NCBI GenBank assembly: GCA_027491915.1
Contig: JAOZGC010000002.1
Span: forward strand, 448,001-512,000
Reading direction: 5' to 3'
DNA from: Thermoproteota archaeon
Lineage (GTDB): Archaea > Korarchaeota > Korarchaeia > Korarchaeales > Korarchaeaceae
Length of the DNA stretch: 64,000 nt
Shown here: piece by piece, positions 1-9,015 of the stretch
Position numbering within the stretch: the first letter of the stretch is position 1
Layout: each line of letters opens with the position of its first letter
The notes under the pieces: generated by a model
Seen by the model: the letters and a program-made list of their open reading frames with translations, nothing else
Databases searched by the model: none
Told to the model about the DNA's origin: nothing
Program-made: the position numbers and the translations under genes

Positions 1-20
1 GTCCAGATCCGGCCGGTCTG

Positions 21-617
21 GTGGCCCCCCTGACCTTCTTCATCGCGTCCGGGATCGGGCTGGTCGCGGCCCCGGCGGAGCCGGCGGCCCCGCCCGCCGA
101 GGTCGGGTTCATCCCGGATTCTGGGATCCTGCTCGAGGTGGATCCCACCCCGGCCGGGGTGATGTCCGCCGTCGCCTACATAAGGAGGGCGAGCCGGCTG
201 GTCGGGGGCCCCCTGGTCCTCATATCCAGGAGGACCTCCCCTCTGCTCAGGTTCCTGTCCGACGAGCCGGGCGTGGACCTGCTGATAGAGGTGTCCCCGG
301 GGGTCTCCTACTCCCGATCTGGGGGCGGGATCTCCTCCCCTCCCGACGCCCCCTCAATATCCAAGGCGGTCAGGGACGCGGAGGAGAGGCTGGGCGGGGA
401 CCGGGGGCTCCTCGTCGTCGACTCCATGACCGACCTGATATTCCTCTCCGGGGTGGAGGAGGCCTACAAGATAGCCAGGGGGGTATCCGAGGTCATTTCC
501 GACAGCGGGTGGCGCGGTATCTTCCTTCTGACCCGGGGCGCCCACCCCCCTCAGGTGCCCAACCTCCTGAGGGGCCTGCTCTGGCCCTCTTGGGAGATCC
601 GGGGTCCCGAGGGTTAG
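21..617 (+). CDS. DUF835-like / degenerate KaiC-RecA-fold domain protein (probably 5'-truncated by the window edge)
   Basis: LLVVDSMTDLIFLSG...GIFLL pattern resembles the Walker-B region of archaeal DUF835/KaiC-like domains; no Walker A. Confidence 0.45.
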   Translation: MAPLTFFIASGIGLVAAPAEPAAPPAEVGFIPDSGILLEVDPTPAGVMSAVAYIRRASRLVGGPLVLISRRTSPLLRFLSDEPGVDLLIEVSPGVSYSRSGGGISSPPDAPSISKAVRDAEERLGGDRGLLVVDSMTDLIFLSGVEEAYKIARGVSEVISDSGWRGIFLLTRGAHPPQVPNLLRGLLWPSWEIRGPEG

Positions 618-627
618 CCGGGGCGGC

Positions 628-1395
628 CTATATCCTGCCGGATATCCTGGCCCTCAGGACCTCCCTCTTGAGCTCCGCTATCAACTCCCCCGGGTTTATG
701 TGCTTCGGGCAAACCTCGGAGCAGGCGTGGGCCTGGTGGCACCTCCAAACCCCGGCGCAGTCGTCGTCCGCGATCACCAGCCTTAGGGGCTTGACCGAGG
801 GGTCCTCCCTCGAGTCCACCTCGAACCTGAACAGCTGGCCCAGGGCGGCCGGCCCCAGGTAGTAGGGGTTGGAGTAGGCCGCCGGGCAGGCGCTGTAGCA
901 CGCCGCGCACCATATGCAGTCCGAGGCGACCCTGTACCTCTCGAACTCCTCCGGCGGGACCCTGATGTTCTCTGAGTCGCTCCTCGGGATCAGGTAGGGC
1001 ATCGAGGCCTTCATCTTGTCGAGGAAGGGTTCCACGTCCACCACCAGGTCCTTTATCACCGGGAGGTGGGGCAGGGGCTCCATGGTCACGGTTCGGCCCA
1101 CCTCGGCCACCTGGGTCTCGCAGGCGAGCCTCTCCCTCCCGTTTATGAGCATGGCGCAGGATCCGCATATCTTCTGCCTGCAGGAATACCTGAGGGACAG
1201 GGTCTGGTCTACCTCCCTGAGTATGTGGAGGAGGCCGTCCAGCACCGTCATGCCCGGCCTGTAGGGGACCTCGTACTCCTGATAGTAGGGGCCGACGCCC
1301 GACTCCGGGTCGTACCTCCTGACCCGGAAGACGACCGTCTCCCCGCTGCCGCCGGCGGGGACCCCTGCCCCTCCGCCCTCTCCCTCCACCCTCAA
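628..1395 (-). CDS. sdhB: Succinate dehydrogenase/fumarate reductase iron-sulfur subunit
   Basis: SCRQKICGSC (2Fe-2S), CIWCAACYSAC (4Fe-4S), CHQAHACSEVCP (3Fe-4S); TTG start chosen behind a GGAGGTGA SD. Confidence 0.93.
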   Translation of the reverse strand: MRVEGEGGGAGVPAGGSGETVVFRVRRYDPESGVGPYYQEYEVPYRPGMTVLDGLLHILREVDQTLSLRYSCRQKICGSCAMLINGRERLACETQVAEVGRTVTMEPLPHLPVIKDLVVDVEPFLDKMKASMPYLIPRSDSENIRVPPEEFERYRVASDCIWCAACYSACPAAYSNPYYLGPAALGQLFRFEVDSREDPSVKPLRLVIADDDCAGVWRCHQAHACSEVCPKHINPGELIAELKREVLRARISGRI

Positions 1396-1418
1396 CGGTC
1401 CCGTCACCTCCCCTCCCC

Positions 1419-3128
1419 TCAGTACTTCCTCTCCCTCGGCGGCCACCTGGTGATCACCACCGGTCTGTACTCCAGGACCGGGCCGTCCGGCGTGAACCTG
1501 GCCAGCGTGTGCTTGAGCCAATTTTCGTCGTCCCTCCTGGGGTAGTCGGTCCTGTAGTGGGCGCCCCTGCTCTCCCTCCTGGCCAGGGCCCCGGAGGCCA
1601 CCGCCAGGGCCACGTCTATCATTCCCCCGGTGGCCAGGGCGTCGTACAGGGCCACGTTGAAGGTCTTCCCGCCGCTCCGGACCCCGGCCCCCTCCCAGTA
1701 CCTCTTCCTTATGGACTTCAGCTCCGCCACGGCCGCCGACAGGCCCTCCTCGTCCCTGAATATGCCGACCTTCTCCCACATGACCCTCTGCATCTCGGCC
1801 CGGAGGTGGTAGGGGTTCTCGGCCCGCTCCTCACCGCCCCTCTCCACCAGCCTCCCGATCCAGGCCTCGACCTCCCTCTCCGCCTCCTCGAACGGTCCGG
1901 AGGGGGGGTCCGAGGCCGAGGCGGCGTCCGAGGAGGCGGACTCCCCGGCCCTCTTCCCGAAGACGACGCACTCCAGCAGGGAGTTCCCCCCCAACCTGTT
2001 CGCCCCGTGGACGCTCACGCAGGCGCACTCCCCGGCCGCGTAAAGGCCCGGGACCTCGGTCCTCCCGTGCTTGTCGGTGTCTATCCCGCCCATGGTGTAG
2101 TGGTGCCCCGGCTGGACGGGGATGGGCTCGTATCTGGCGTCGACCCCGGCGAACTTCAGGGCGAGCTCCCATATCTGGGGGAGCCTCTCCATGATCCTGT
2201 CCTCTCCGAGTCCGGTTATGTCCAGGTGGACGTACTCCCCCTCGAACCCCCTCCCCTCCAGCACCTCCCTGTATATCGACCTGGCCACTATGTCCCTGGG
2301 GGCCAGCTCCATCTTCTCCGGGGCGTACCTGGCCATGAACCTCTCCCCCCTGTTGTTGAGCAGCACCCCTCCCTCCCCCCTGGCCGCCTCGCTGATGAGT
2401 ATGTTCGTCCCGTACAGCGTGGTCGGGTGGAACTGGATGAACTCCATGTCCTCCAGCGGGGCGCCGGCCCAGTAGGCCAGGGCCATTCCGAACCCGGTGC
2501 TGTGGTGGGAGTTGGTGGTCCTGGCGTATATCCTGCCCGCGCCCCCGGTCGCCATGACCACCGCCCTCGCGGCGTAGGACTCCAGCTCCCCGGTCCTGAG
2601 GTTCATGGCGACGACGCCCACCACCCTCTCCCCTTCCTTGACCAGCTTCAGGGCCACCCTCTCGTCGTAGAAGGTGATCCCCAGCCTCAGGGACTGCTGG
2701 TATAGGGTGTGCATCACCGCGTGTCCCGTGTGGTCGGCCGCGTAGCACGTCCTCGGGAAGGCCGCGCCGCCGAAGGGCCTCTGGGCTATCCTGCCGTCCT
2801 CGGTCCTGCTGAACGGGACGCCCCACCTGTCGAGCTCCAGAACCCTCTCTATGGCGTCCCGGGCGTACTCCTCCACGGCGTCCTGGTCGGCCAGGTAGTC
2901 AGCCCCCTTTATCGTGTCGAAGGCGTGCCTCTCCCAGCTGTCCGTCGGATCAGCGTTCCCCAGGGCGGCGTTTATCCCGCCCTGGGCCGCGACCGAGTGG
3001 CTCCTCATCGGGTAGACCAGGCTCAGGACGGCCACGTCAGCCCCCGAGAGCTTGGCCTCGACGGCCGCCCTGAGACCCGCCAGGCCTCCCCCGACCACCA
3101 GCACCCCGTGCCTCTCCAAGGGGGCCAC
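1419..3128 (-). CDS. sdhA: Succinate dehydrogenase/fumarate reductase flavoprotein subunit
   Basis: GGGLAG, RSHSVAAQGG (covalent-FAD His), QFHPT, HYTMGG, HGANRLGGNSL, RESRGAH. Confidence 0.97.
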   Translation of the reverse strand: MAPLERHGVLVVGGGLAGLRAAVEAKLSGADVAVLSLVYPMRSHSVAAQGGINAALGNADPTDSWERHAFDTIKGADYLADQDAVEEYARDAIERVLELDRWGVPFSRTEDGRIAQRPFGGAAFPRTCYAADHTGHAVMHTLYQQSLRLGITFYDERVALKLVKEGERVVGVVAMNLRTGELESYAARAVVMATGGAGRIYARTTNSHHSTGFGMALAYWAGAPLEDMEFIQFHPTTLYGTNILISEAARGEGGVLLNNRGERFMARYAPEKMELAPRDIVARSIYREVLEGRGFEGEYVHLDITGLGEDRIMERLPQIWELALKFAGVDARYEPIPVQPGHHYTMGGIDTDKHGRTEVPGLYAAGECACVSVHGANRLGGNSLLECVVFGKRAGESASSDAASASDPPSGPFEEAEREVEAWIGRLVERGGEERAENPYHLRAEMQRVMWEKVGIFRDEEGLSAAVAELKSIRKRYWEGAGVRSGGKTFNVALYDALATGGMIDVALAVASGALARRESRGAHYRTDYPRRDDENWLKHTLARFTPDGPVLEYRPVVITRWPPRERKY

Positions 3129-3129
3129 C

Positions 3130-3555
3130 TCACAGGCCTATCACCCAGGCCCAGTATATCAGGAAGCCCACGGTCGACAGGACGACCGCCCAGAACAGCC
3201 TATCCTCGTTCCTGGCGGCCCACGGGGAGAGCTCTATGGCCAGCACCCTCAGGCCGTTCAGGGCGTGGTAGACGCCGGAGAAGACCACCAGGTCGTCCGT
3301 CAGGAGGGTCCCGAAGGGAAAGGCGTACCCGAAGTGGTTGGCCAGCACGTGGATCAGGGTCCCCACTACCAGGATCACGGCCGTCACCCTGTGGAGGACC
3401 CAGGCCCACATCCCCCACCCCCTCCTCCGGGCGTGGGTTATCCAGTGCACCACGTTACCGGGCCCGGCCGCCGGGTTGTAGTGTCCGGGCCTCCTCTCCC
3501 GCTGGTCCTCTCCCTCTCCCTCGCCCGGCATCCCCATCGCCCGGCCGGGGCCCAT
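3130..3555 (-). CDS. sdhC: Succinate dehydrogenase cytochrome b membrane anchor
   Basis: LHRVTA and YHALNGLR motifs, three hydrophobic helices, immediately upstream of sdhA. Confidence 0.85.
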   Translation of the reverse strand: MGPGRAMGMPGEGEGEDQRERRPGHYNPAAGPGNVVHWITHARRRGWGMWAWVLHRVTAVILVVGTLIHVLANHFGYAFPFGTLLTDDLVVFSGVYHALNGLRVLAIELSPWAARNEDRLFWAVVLSTVGFLIYWAWVIGL

Positions 3556-3568
3556 TTCTGTAAAAAAG

Positions 3569-4102
3569 TTATCCGACCTCCACCCGGGCGGCCCCGAGCA
3601 GGTCGGAGCACAGGAGGTCCTCTTCTCCGGGCCCGTAGACCCTCAGCCTCACACCTCCGACCACCCAGGTCCCGCCGCCGGAGAGGCAGTAGACGCCGAA
3701 CAGCGTGCCCGGGTCGTCCACAATATCTTCCACCTCCTCCGGGCTCCCGGCGGCGATCAGCCCGAGCGAGCCTCCGAGGAGGCCGACCTCCGACTTGAAC
3801 CCCTCAACGACCACCGCCTCGGCCCCCAGGGACTCGGCCAGCCCGACGGCCCTCCCGAGGTCCAGTCCCTCTCCCAGGACTATTCTGGTTACTCCCTCGG
3901 AGGTCAGCACCACCCCGGCGGCCCCGGCCGCCGCCATCCTCCAACCGTCCTTCCCCTCGGGCTCCCTCAGGTCCTCCGGGTGGGAGGAGTGCTTCACGCC
4001 GAAGACCCTCAACCCCCTGGCCGAGAGGCACCGCACGACCGCCTCGGCCGCCCTAGTCTTGCCCCTTCCGCTCCACCCGAACACGTGGACGAGGAGCGCC
4101 AT
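3569..4102 (-). CDS. mobB: Molybdopterin-guanine dinucleotide biosynthesis protein B
   Basis: GWSGRGKT P-loop, VKHSSH, EGKD, VVVEGFK. Confidence 0.85.
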   Translation of the reverse strand: MALLVHVFGWSGRGKTRAAEAVVRCLSARGLRVFGVKHSSHPEDLREPEGKDGWRMAAAGAAGVVLTSEGVTRIVLGEGLDLGRAVGLAESLGAEAVVVEGFKSEVGLLGGSLGLIAAGSPEEVEDIVDDPGTLFGVYCLSGGGTWVVGGVRLRVYGPGEEDLLCSDLLGAARVEVG

Positions 4103-4396
4103 CTACTCCCCGCCCCTCCTCCTGTCTATTATCCTCCTTATCAGGTCGAGCGTGGCCCTCATCTGGTACCCCCCGCCGGCCCTTTCCATCTCCTCCCTGA
4201 CGGCCCTGGCCGCCTCGGCGAAGTCAAAACCCCCGAGGCCGTCTCTCAGCTCCCCCTCCAACTCTATCGCGTCGGAGACCCGCCCCTCCATCAGCGCGTC
4301 CACCCAGTCCTCCAGGTCGTCGAGGTGCGACTCGTCGCAGTACGAGGCGGCCACTATGAGCCTCCTGAGGTAGAACTCCGTGTCCCTGCGGGGCAA
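4103..4396 (-). CDS. Hypothetical protein
   Basis: 97-aa ORF with genome-typical codon usage, abuts mobB. Confidence 0.55.
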   Translation of the reverse strand: MPRRDTEFYLRRLIVAASYCDESHLDDLEDWVDALMEGRVSDAIELEGELRDGLGGFDFAEAARAVREEMERAGGGYQMRATLDLIRRIIDRRRGGE

Positions 4397-4454
4397 GGTC
4401 CCTCCCGGCGCCGGAGGCAGGAAGATCTTAAGTTTCTCGGAGGCGGCGCGGGCC

Positions 4455-4901
4455 TCAGTCCCACTCGGGCCCCTCCGAGTCGCAGGGGGATCCCGTCAGG
4501 AATATCTCCACGATCTCCCCCGCGTCCCTGGCGTAGACCCCATAATCCCCGTCCTGAGTTTCCCTCAGGGCGAAAACCGTGACGGTGCAACCGGATTCAT
4601 CCTCCAGCTCAACCTCGCACGTCCACTCCTCTTCCCCGTACTCGTCCTCCGGCTCCCCCTCGTAGAGGGGCACCCTGACCGTGGAGGCCACCCACTCCCC
4701 GCACTCGAACAGGATCGCCGTGGCGCCCACGAACCTGGCGATGGGGGTCAGGAGCCTCCTTAGGATCGACCTCCTCTCCTCTGGAGACAACCTGGCGAAC
4801 TCCCCCGGATCTTCGGCCACCTCGACGATGAACCTGTCCCAGGCGGCCCCCACTTCCTCCAGCTCCAAGCTCCTCCTCAGTCCCGGGGGAGCCGGACCCA
4901 A
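4455..4901 (-). CDS. Hypothetical acidic protein
   Basis: 148-aa ORF, Glu/Asp-rich, fills the gap between co-oriented genes. Confidence 0.6.
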   Translation of the reverse strand: MGPAPPGLRRSLELEEVGAAWDRFIVEVAEDPGEFARLSPEERRSILRRLLTPIARFVGATAILFECGEWVASTVRVPLYEGEPEDEYGEEEWTCEVELEDESGCTVTVFALRETQDGDYGVYARDAGEIVEIFLTGSPCDSEGPEWD

Positions 4902-4921
4902 GTGATAATGTTTTCCCGCCG

Positions 4922-5575
4922 CTACGGCCTCACCAGCCGCGCGGAGGGATCCCCTCCCCCCCAGTGGATCACGGCGGCCTGGAGCCTGTAGGCCGGCCCC
5001 GGGTTGACCGCCAGGGTCTCGCCGAGCCTCTCGATACCCCTGGCCTCGTGTATGTGGCCGCAGACGCAGAGCCGGGGTCTCCTCTCCAGCAGGAACCTCG
5101 CCACCTCGGCCGACCCGCCGTGCCCCCCTCCGGGCAGGAGATCCAACCTGGACGGCCTCGGAGGGCTGTGCGTCAGGAGGACGTCTACTTCCCCCAGTCG
5201 GGACAGGATCTCGGCCACCTTCCCCTCGGGAATCTCGTTCGGCGTGCCGTGCGGGGTGGGCGTGGAGCCCCCCACCCCTCCGACTCTGAGGCCGGCAGCC
5301 TCCACCACCCTCCCGTGGGCGTTCGCGGCCGAGCCTACGGCCGGCGCGCCCATGAGCTCCGGGGGGTCCATGTTTCCGGGGACCAGGACGACGGGCGCCG
5401 GATCACCATCCAGCACCCTCTCGACCTCCCTCAGCCCCTTACCACAGTTGGATAGGTCGCCGGAGATCAGCAGGAGGTCGTGGTCGAACTCTCTCAGGAT
5501 CCTCCCGAGTCTGTCGGCCCAGCCGTGGACGTCGCTGAGGGCCAGTATCACCAGGTCCCCCATCCCGATCCCCAC
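4922..5575 (-). CDS. Calcineurin-like metallophosphoesterase (Icc family)
   Basis: SDVHG, GDLS, PGNMD, THSPP, CGHIHE, VNPG motifs. Confidence 0.9.
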   Translation of the reverse strand: MGIGMGDLVILALSDVHGWADRLGRILREFDHDLLLISGDLSNCGKGLREVERVLDGDPAPVVLVPGNMDPPELMGAPAVGSAANAHGRVVEAAGLRVGGVGGSTPTPHGTPNEIPEGKVAEILSRLGEVDVLLTHSPPRPSRLDLLPGGGHGGSAEVARFLLERRPRLCVCGHIHEARGIERLGETLAVNPGPAYRLQAAVIHWGGGDPSARLVRP

Positions 5576-5620
5576 GGGATCCCGAAACCACTATTATTGT
5601 ATTTTTCCCCCGGTGGGCCC

Positions 5621-7669
5621 GTGGGCGCCAGATCGATACCGGCGGTCATCCTCCTGGCGTGCCTGGCGGCCCCCGCGGCCCAGACCCTCCGGGCCGGCGG
5701 CCTGGGTCAGGGCGGCGAGGCCTGGACGGTTCCCCTCAGGAGGGTCAGCGCCGTCTCCTGGTCTCCGAACGGGTCCCTCCTGGCCGTGGGCGCCGGCGAC
5801 GCCGTCCTCATCTTGAACTCCTCCGGGTCTGTGGTCTCTGAGGCGGAGCTGGGCGGAGAGGTTCTGGACGTCTCCTGGATGCCCGGATCCGTCGTGGCGT
5901 CCACCGCGCGGGGTCTTTTCAGGGCCTACCCGGGGCCCGTCGAAGAGATCTTCTCCCTCTCCGGCGAGGCCGACGCGTCCATCTTGGAACCCTCGCCCGA
6001 CGGCGGCCTGATGGCGGCCGCCTGGGGGTGGTCCCGGGGGCTCGAGGAGGGGGGCGTCCTCGCCCTCGTCGATCCGTCGGGCGGCGTGGCGGCCAGGTTG
6101 GATCTCCCCTCCTCTCCGTCTGATCTGGACTGGAGGCCGGACGGATCGGCCCTGGCCGTCGGGACCGTCGGGGGGATCACCCTGGCGGTGTCCCGCTCCG
6201 GCGAGAGGCTCTGGATCACCGACGTGAGGTCGGCCAGGCCCTTCGCCAACACCGTCAGGTCGGTCGAGTGGGTCCCGAACGGGACCCTGCTGTCCGAGGG
6301 ACTGGGTCCCAGGTTCGTGGACTTCCTCAGGGCCGAGACCGGGGGGCTGGCGGGGTACTTCACGATCCCGGGGATGCCCGCTGGCATCGATTGGACCCAA
6401 GAGGGGGACCTGCTGTGCGCCGGCGCGGGGGACAGGATCGCCATAGTTTCCCGGTCTGGCGAGCAGATCTGGGTGTCCGACGCCTTCATATCTCCCCCCA
6501 AAGTGATCGGCTGGTCCCCAGACGGCGACTCCTGCCTGGCCATCTCCCAGAAGTGGGCCTTGGCCGTCTCCCGGGACGGGGAGACCCTCTGGTTTGCATC
6601 TCCGGGGGATAGGGTGGTGGACGCCGAGTGGGGTCCGGCCGGGGCGGCCGTGGCGCTGGCCTGGGAGTCAGGCGTGGGGGTGTTCGCAGCCCGCCCCCAG
6701 CGGATTGAGCTATCCGCCGACCCCCTGGTCCCGGCCGGGGAGACCGAGGTGGAGATCCGCCTCTTCAACCCGCTCCCTTGGTCGATCGACGCGCGCCTCG
6801 ACCTCTCCGTGGGGGGATCGGGGGCAGGATCCCTGGAGCTCGAGGCCTCCCCTGGATGGAACTCCTGGAACGCGACCCTGGATCTCCCGCCCGGGGAGGT
6901 GGAGGTGGGGGCGCTGGCCGAGACCCCCCTGGGCGCCGCGTCCGCCTCGACCCGGGTGTCGGCCTTCCTCCCCCCGGAGGTAAACCTCTCCGTCTCCGCC
7001 TCTCCCGGCGGGCCGGCCGAGGTTCGGGCCCTCATCCACAACCCGAACCCGTCCGGGGGAAACTGCTCAGCCTCCCTCCTGATCGACGGGGCGCCCCGGG
7101 ACGGGTGGTCCGGCCCGTGTCCCTACGGCTGGACAGAGGCCTCCTGGGAGGTTCCCCTGGACCCCGGAGCCCACGGGGTGGAGGTCTCCCTCGAGTTCCT
7201 CGGGGTGGAGGTGAGATCTGGGACGGTCGAGGTGAGACAGCCGGCCGACCGGGTGGAGGTCTCCATAGGGAGGCCCTCTGGGGTGTGGGGCGAGGTCTCG
7301 GTCCCCGTGAGGGCGTCCAACCCCTATGACGGCGAGGTGGACCTGACGCTGGAAGTTTGGGTCGACGGGGTCCTCGCCGCGTCCCGCAACCTGACCCTCC
7401 CTCCCAGGGGAGAGGAGACGCTGCGGGTGCCCCTCCCGGGTGGAGACCACGAGGTCTACTCGAGGGCCCTCTGGCTCGGGAGGGTCCTGGGGGAGGCCAG
7501 GGCCAGGGTCTCGGTCCTCCCCGCCTGGCTCCCCGTCGCGGCCGCCGGCGCGGCGGCAGCCCTGGCCCTGGCTCTCCTGATGAGGAGGATCAGGGGCGCC
7601 CGAGAGGACAGGCGGGAGGCCCTCTTCCGCATCCTCGCGGGATCCCCGGACGGGGGAGGGTCGAGGTAG
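5621..7669 (+). CDS. Secreted, membrane-anchored WD40-like beta-propeller protein with C-terminal Ig/CARDB-like repeats
   Basis: N-terminal signal-like segment, repeated W[S/R]P[D/N]G blades, three NP-containing beta-rich repeats, C-terminal TM helix plus basic tail; GTG start at 5621 behind an AT-rich element. Confidence 0.75.
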   Translation: MGARSIPAVILLACLAAPAAQTLRAGGLGQGGEAWTVPLRRVSAVSWSPNGSLLAVGAGDAVLILNSSGSVVSEAELGGEVLDVSWMPGSVVASTARGLFRAYPGPVEEIFSLSGEADASILEPSPDGGLMAAAWGWSRGLEEGGVLALVDPSGGVAARLDLPSSPSDLDWRPDGSALAVGTVGGITLAVSRSGERLWITDVRSARPFANTVRSVEWVPNGTLLSEGLGPRFVDFLRAETGGLAGYFTIPGMPAGIDWTQEGDLLCAGAGDRIAIVSRSGEQIWVSDAFISPPKVIGWSPDGDSCLAISQKWALAVSRDGETLWFASPGDRVVDAEWGPAGAAVALAWESGVGVFAARPQRIELSADPLVPAGETEVEIRLFNPLPWSIDARLDLSVGGSGAGSLELEASPGWNSWNATLDLPPGEVEVGALAETPLGAASASTRVSAFLPPEVNLSVSASPGGPAEVRALIHNPNPSGGNCSASLLIDGAPRDGWSGPCPYGWTEASWEVPLDPGAHGVEVSLEFLGVEVRSGTVEVRQPADRVEVSIGRPSGVWGEVSVPVRASNPYDGEVDLTLEVWVDGVLAASRNLTLPPRGEETLRVPLPGGDHEVYSRALWLGRVLGEARARVSVLPAWLPVAAAGAAAALALALLMRRIRGAREDRREALFRILAGSPDGGGSR

Positions 7670-7740
7670 CCGGGGTACCTGGGGGCGCGGGGGACCGAGG
7701 GATCTTTTTTTATGGTCGCCCCACCTCAAACCGGATCCGC

Positions 7741-9015
7741 TTGCCAAAGCTCCTCTTCCTGGTGCTGGACGGCGCCGCCGACAGGCCCGAGCCCGGATCC
7801 GAGACCCCCCTGGAGGTGGCGTCGAAGCCGGGGATTGACTCCATCGCCCGCAGGTCGAGGTGCGGCCTGATGTACGTGCTGGGCAGGGGGAGGGCCCCGG
7901 AGAGCGACGCCGCCGTGATGGCTCTCCTGGGTCACGACCCGGACGAGTACTACCCCGGCAGGGGGGCCGTAGAGGCCCTGGGGGCGGGGGTGGAGTTGGG
8001 AGAGGGAGACGTGGCCTTCAGGGCCAACTTCGCGACCGTGGACCCGCGGACCCTCAGGATAGTGGACAGGAGGGCCGGGAGGGACGTCTCCCCGGAGGAG
8101 GCCTCGGACCTGGCCGCGGCCCTGGACGGGCTGGAGCTGGACGGCGTGAGGGTCAGGGTCAGGCCCACGCTGGGCCACAGGGCCGTGGTGGTCTTCTCCC
8201 CGAGGTCCGGGAGGCTGTCGCCCTCGGTGGGCAACACAGATCCGGCCTACGTCAGGTCCGGCCGCATAAGCGTGGCCGTCCCCAAGCCGGGAGACTCCAT
8301 CGTGCCGTGCGAGCCCCTGTCCCGGGACCCGGCCGCCGAGGCGACGGCGGCAGCCGTGAACGAGTTCACCAGGAGGGCCGTCGAGATACTGGACTCCCAC
8401 CCGGTGAACAGGATCAGGAGGGATCGGGGGAGCCTCCCTGCGAACGCCATCCTCCTGAGGGACGCCGGCGGCGCCCCCAGGACGCTGAGCCCCATCTGGG
8501 GATCCCGGGGGCTGAGGTTCGGGGCCGTCGCGGAGATGCCGGTGGAGGTGGGGGTGGCCAGGCTGCTCGGGATGGAGGTGGCTCAGGTCCCGCCGCCGAC
8601 CGGGGACCTGAGGGCCGACGCCCCCTCCAGGCTGGAGGCGACGCTGAGGCTGCTGAACTCGGTCGACGGAGTCTACGTCCACCTCAAGGGGCCCGACGAG
8701 CCCGGCCACGACGGGAACTTCTCCAGGAAGGTGGCCGCCATAGAGGCCATAGACTCGGCCTTCGTCTCCCCCCTTCTGGGGGAGCTGGACCCCTCCGAGG
8801 TCGGCCTGGTGGTGACGTCCGACCACGCCACCCCCTGGCGGCTGAGGAGCCACAGCGACGACCCGGTCCCCGTCGCCCTCACCGCTCCCGGATCCGGCGG
8901 GGACGGGGTGGACTCGTTCGACGAGGTCTGCTGCGGCCGGGGATCTCTGGGGGTGATTGACCACGCCCGGCGCCTCCTGCCGGAGGCGCTCGATGAGATC
9001 TTCGGGCCGGCGTGA
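7741..9015 (+). CDS. apgM: 2,3-bisphosphoglycerate-independent phosphoglycerate mutase (archaeal AlkP-superfamily type)
   Basis: LDGAADRP, ESD, YPGRGAVEALG, AFRANFAT, KGPDEPGHDG, TSDHATP, HSDDPVP. Confidence 0.9.
   Translation: MPKLLFLVLDGAADRPEPGSETPLEVASKPGIDSIARRSRCGLMYVLGRGRAPESDAAVMALLGHDPDEYYPGRGAVEALGAGVELGEGDVAFRANFATVDPRTLRIVDRRAGRDVSPEEASDLAAALDGLELDGVRVRVRPTLGHRAVVVFSPRSGRLSPSVGNTDPAYVRSGRISVAVPKPGDSIVPCEPLSRDPAAEATAAAVNEFTRRAVEILDSHPVNRIRRDRGSLPANAILLRDAGGAPRTLSPIWGSRGLRFGAVAEMPVEVGVARLLGMEVAQVPPPTGDLRADAPSRLEATLRLLNSVDGVYVHLKGPDEPGHDGNFSRKVAAIEAIDSAFVSPLLGELDPSEVGLVVTSDHATPWRLRSHSDDPVPVALTAPGSGGDGVDSFDEVCCGRGSLGVIDHARRLLPEALDEIFGPA

Noticed and set aside
7741-9015. apgM as a pterin-pathway phosphatase because it abuts mptA
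   Set aside because: All mutase motifs are intact and a possible separate promoter lies before mptA; adjacency is the only support
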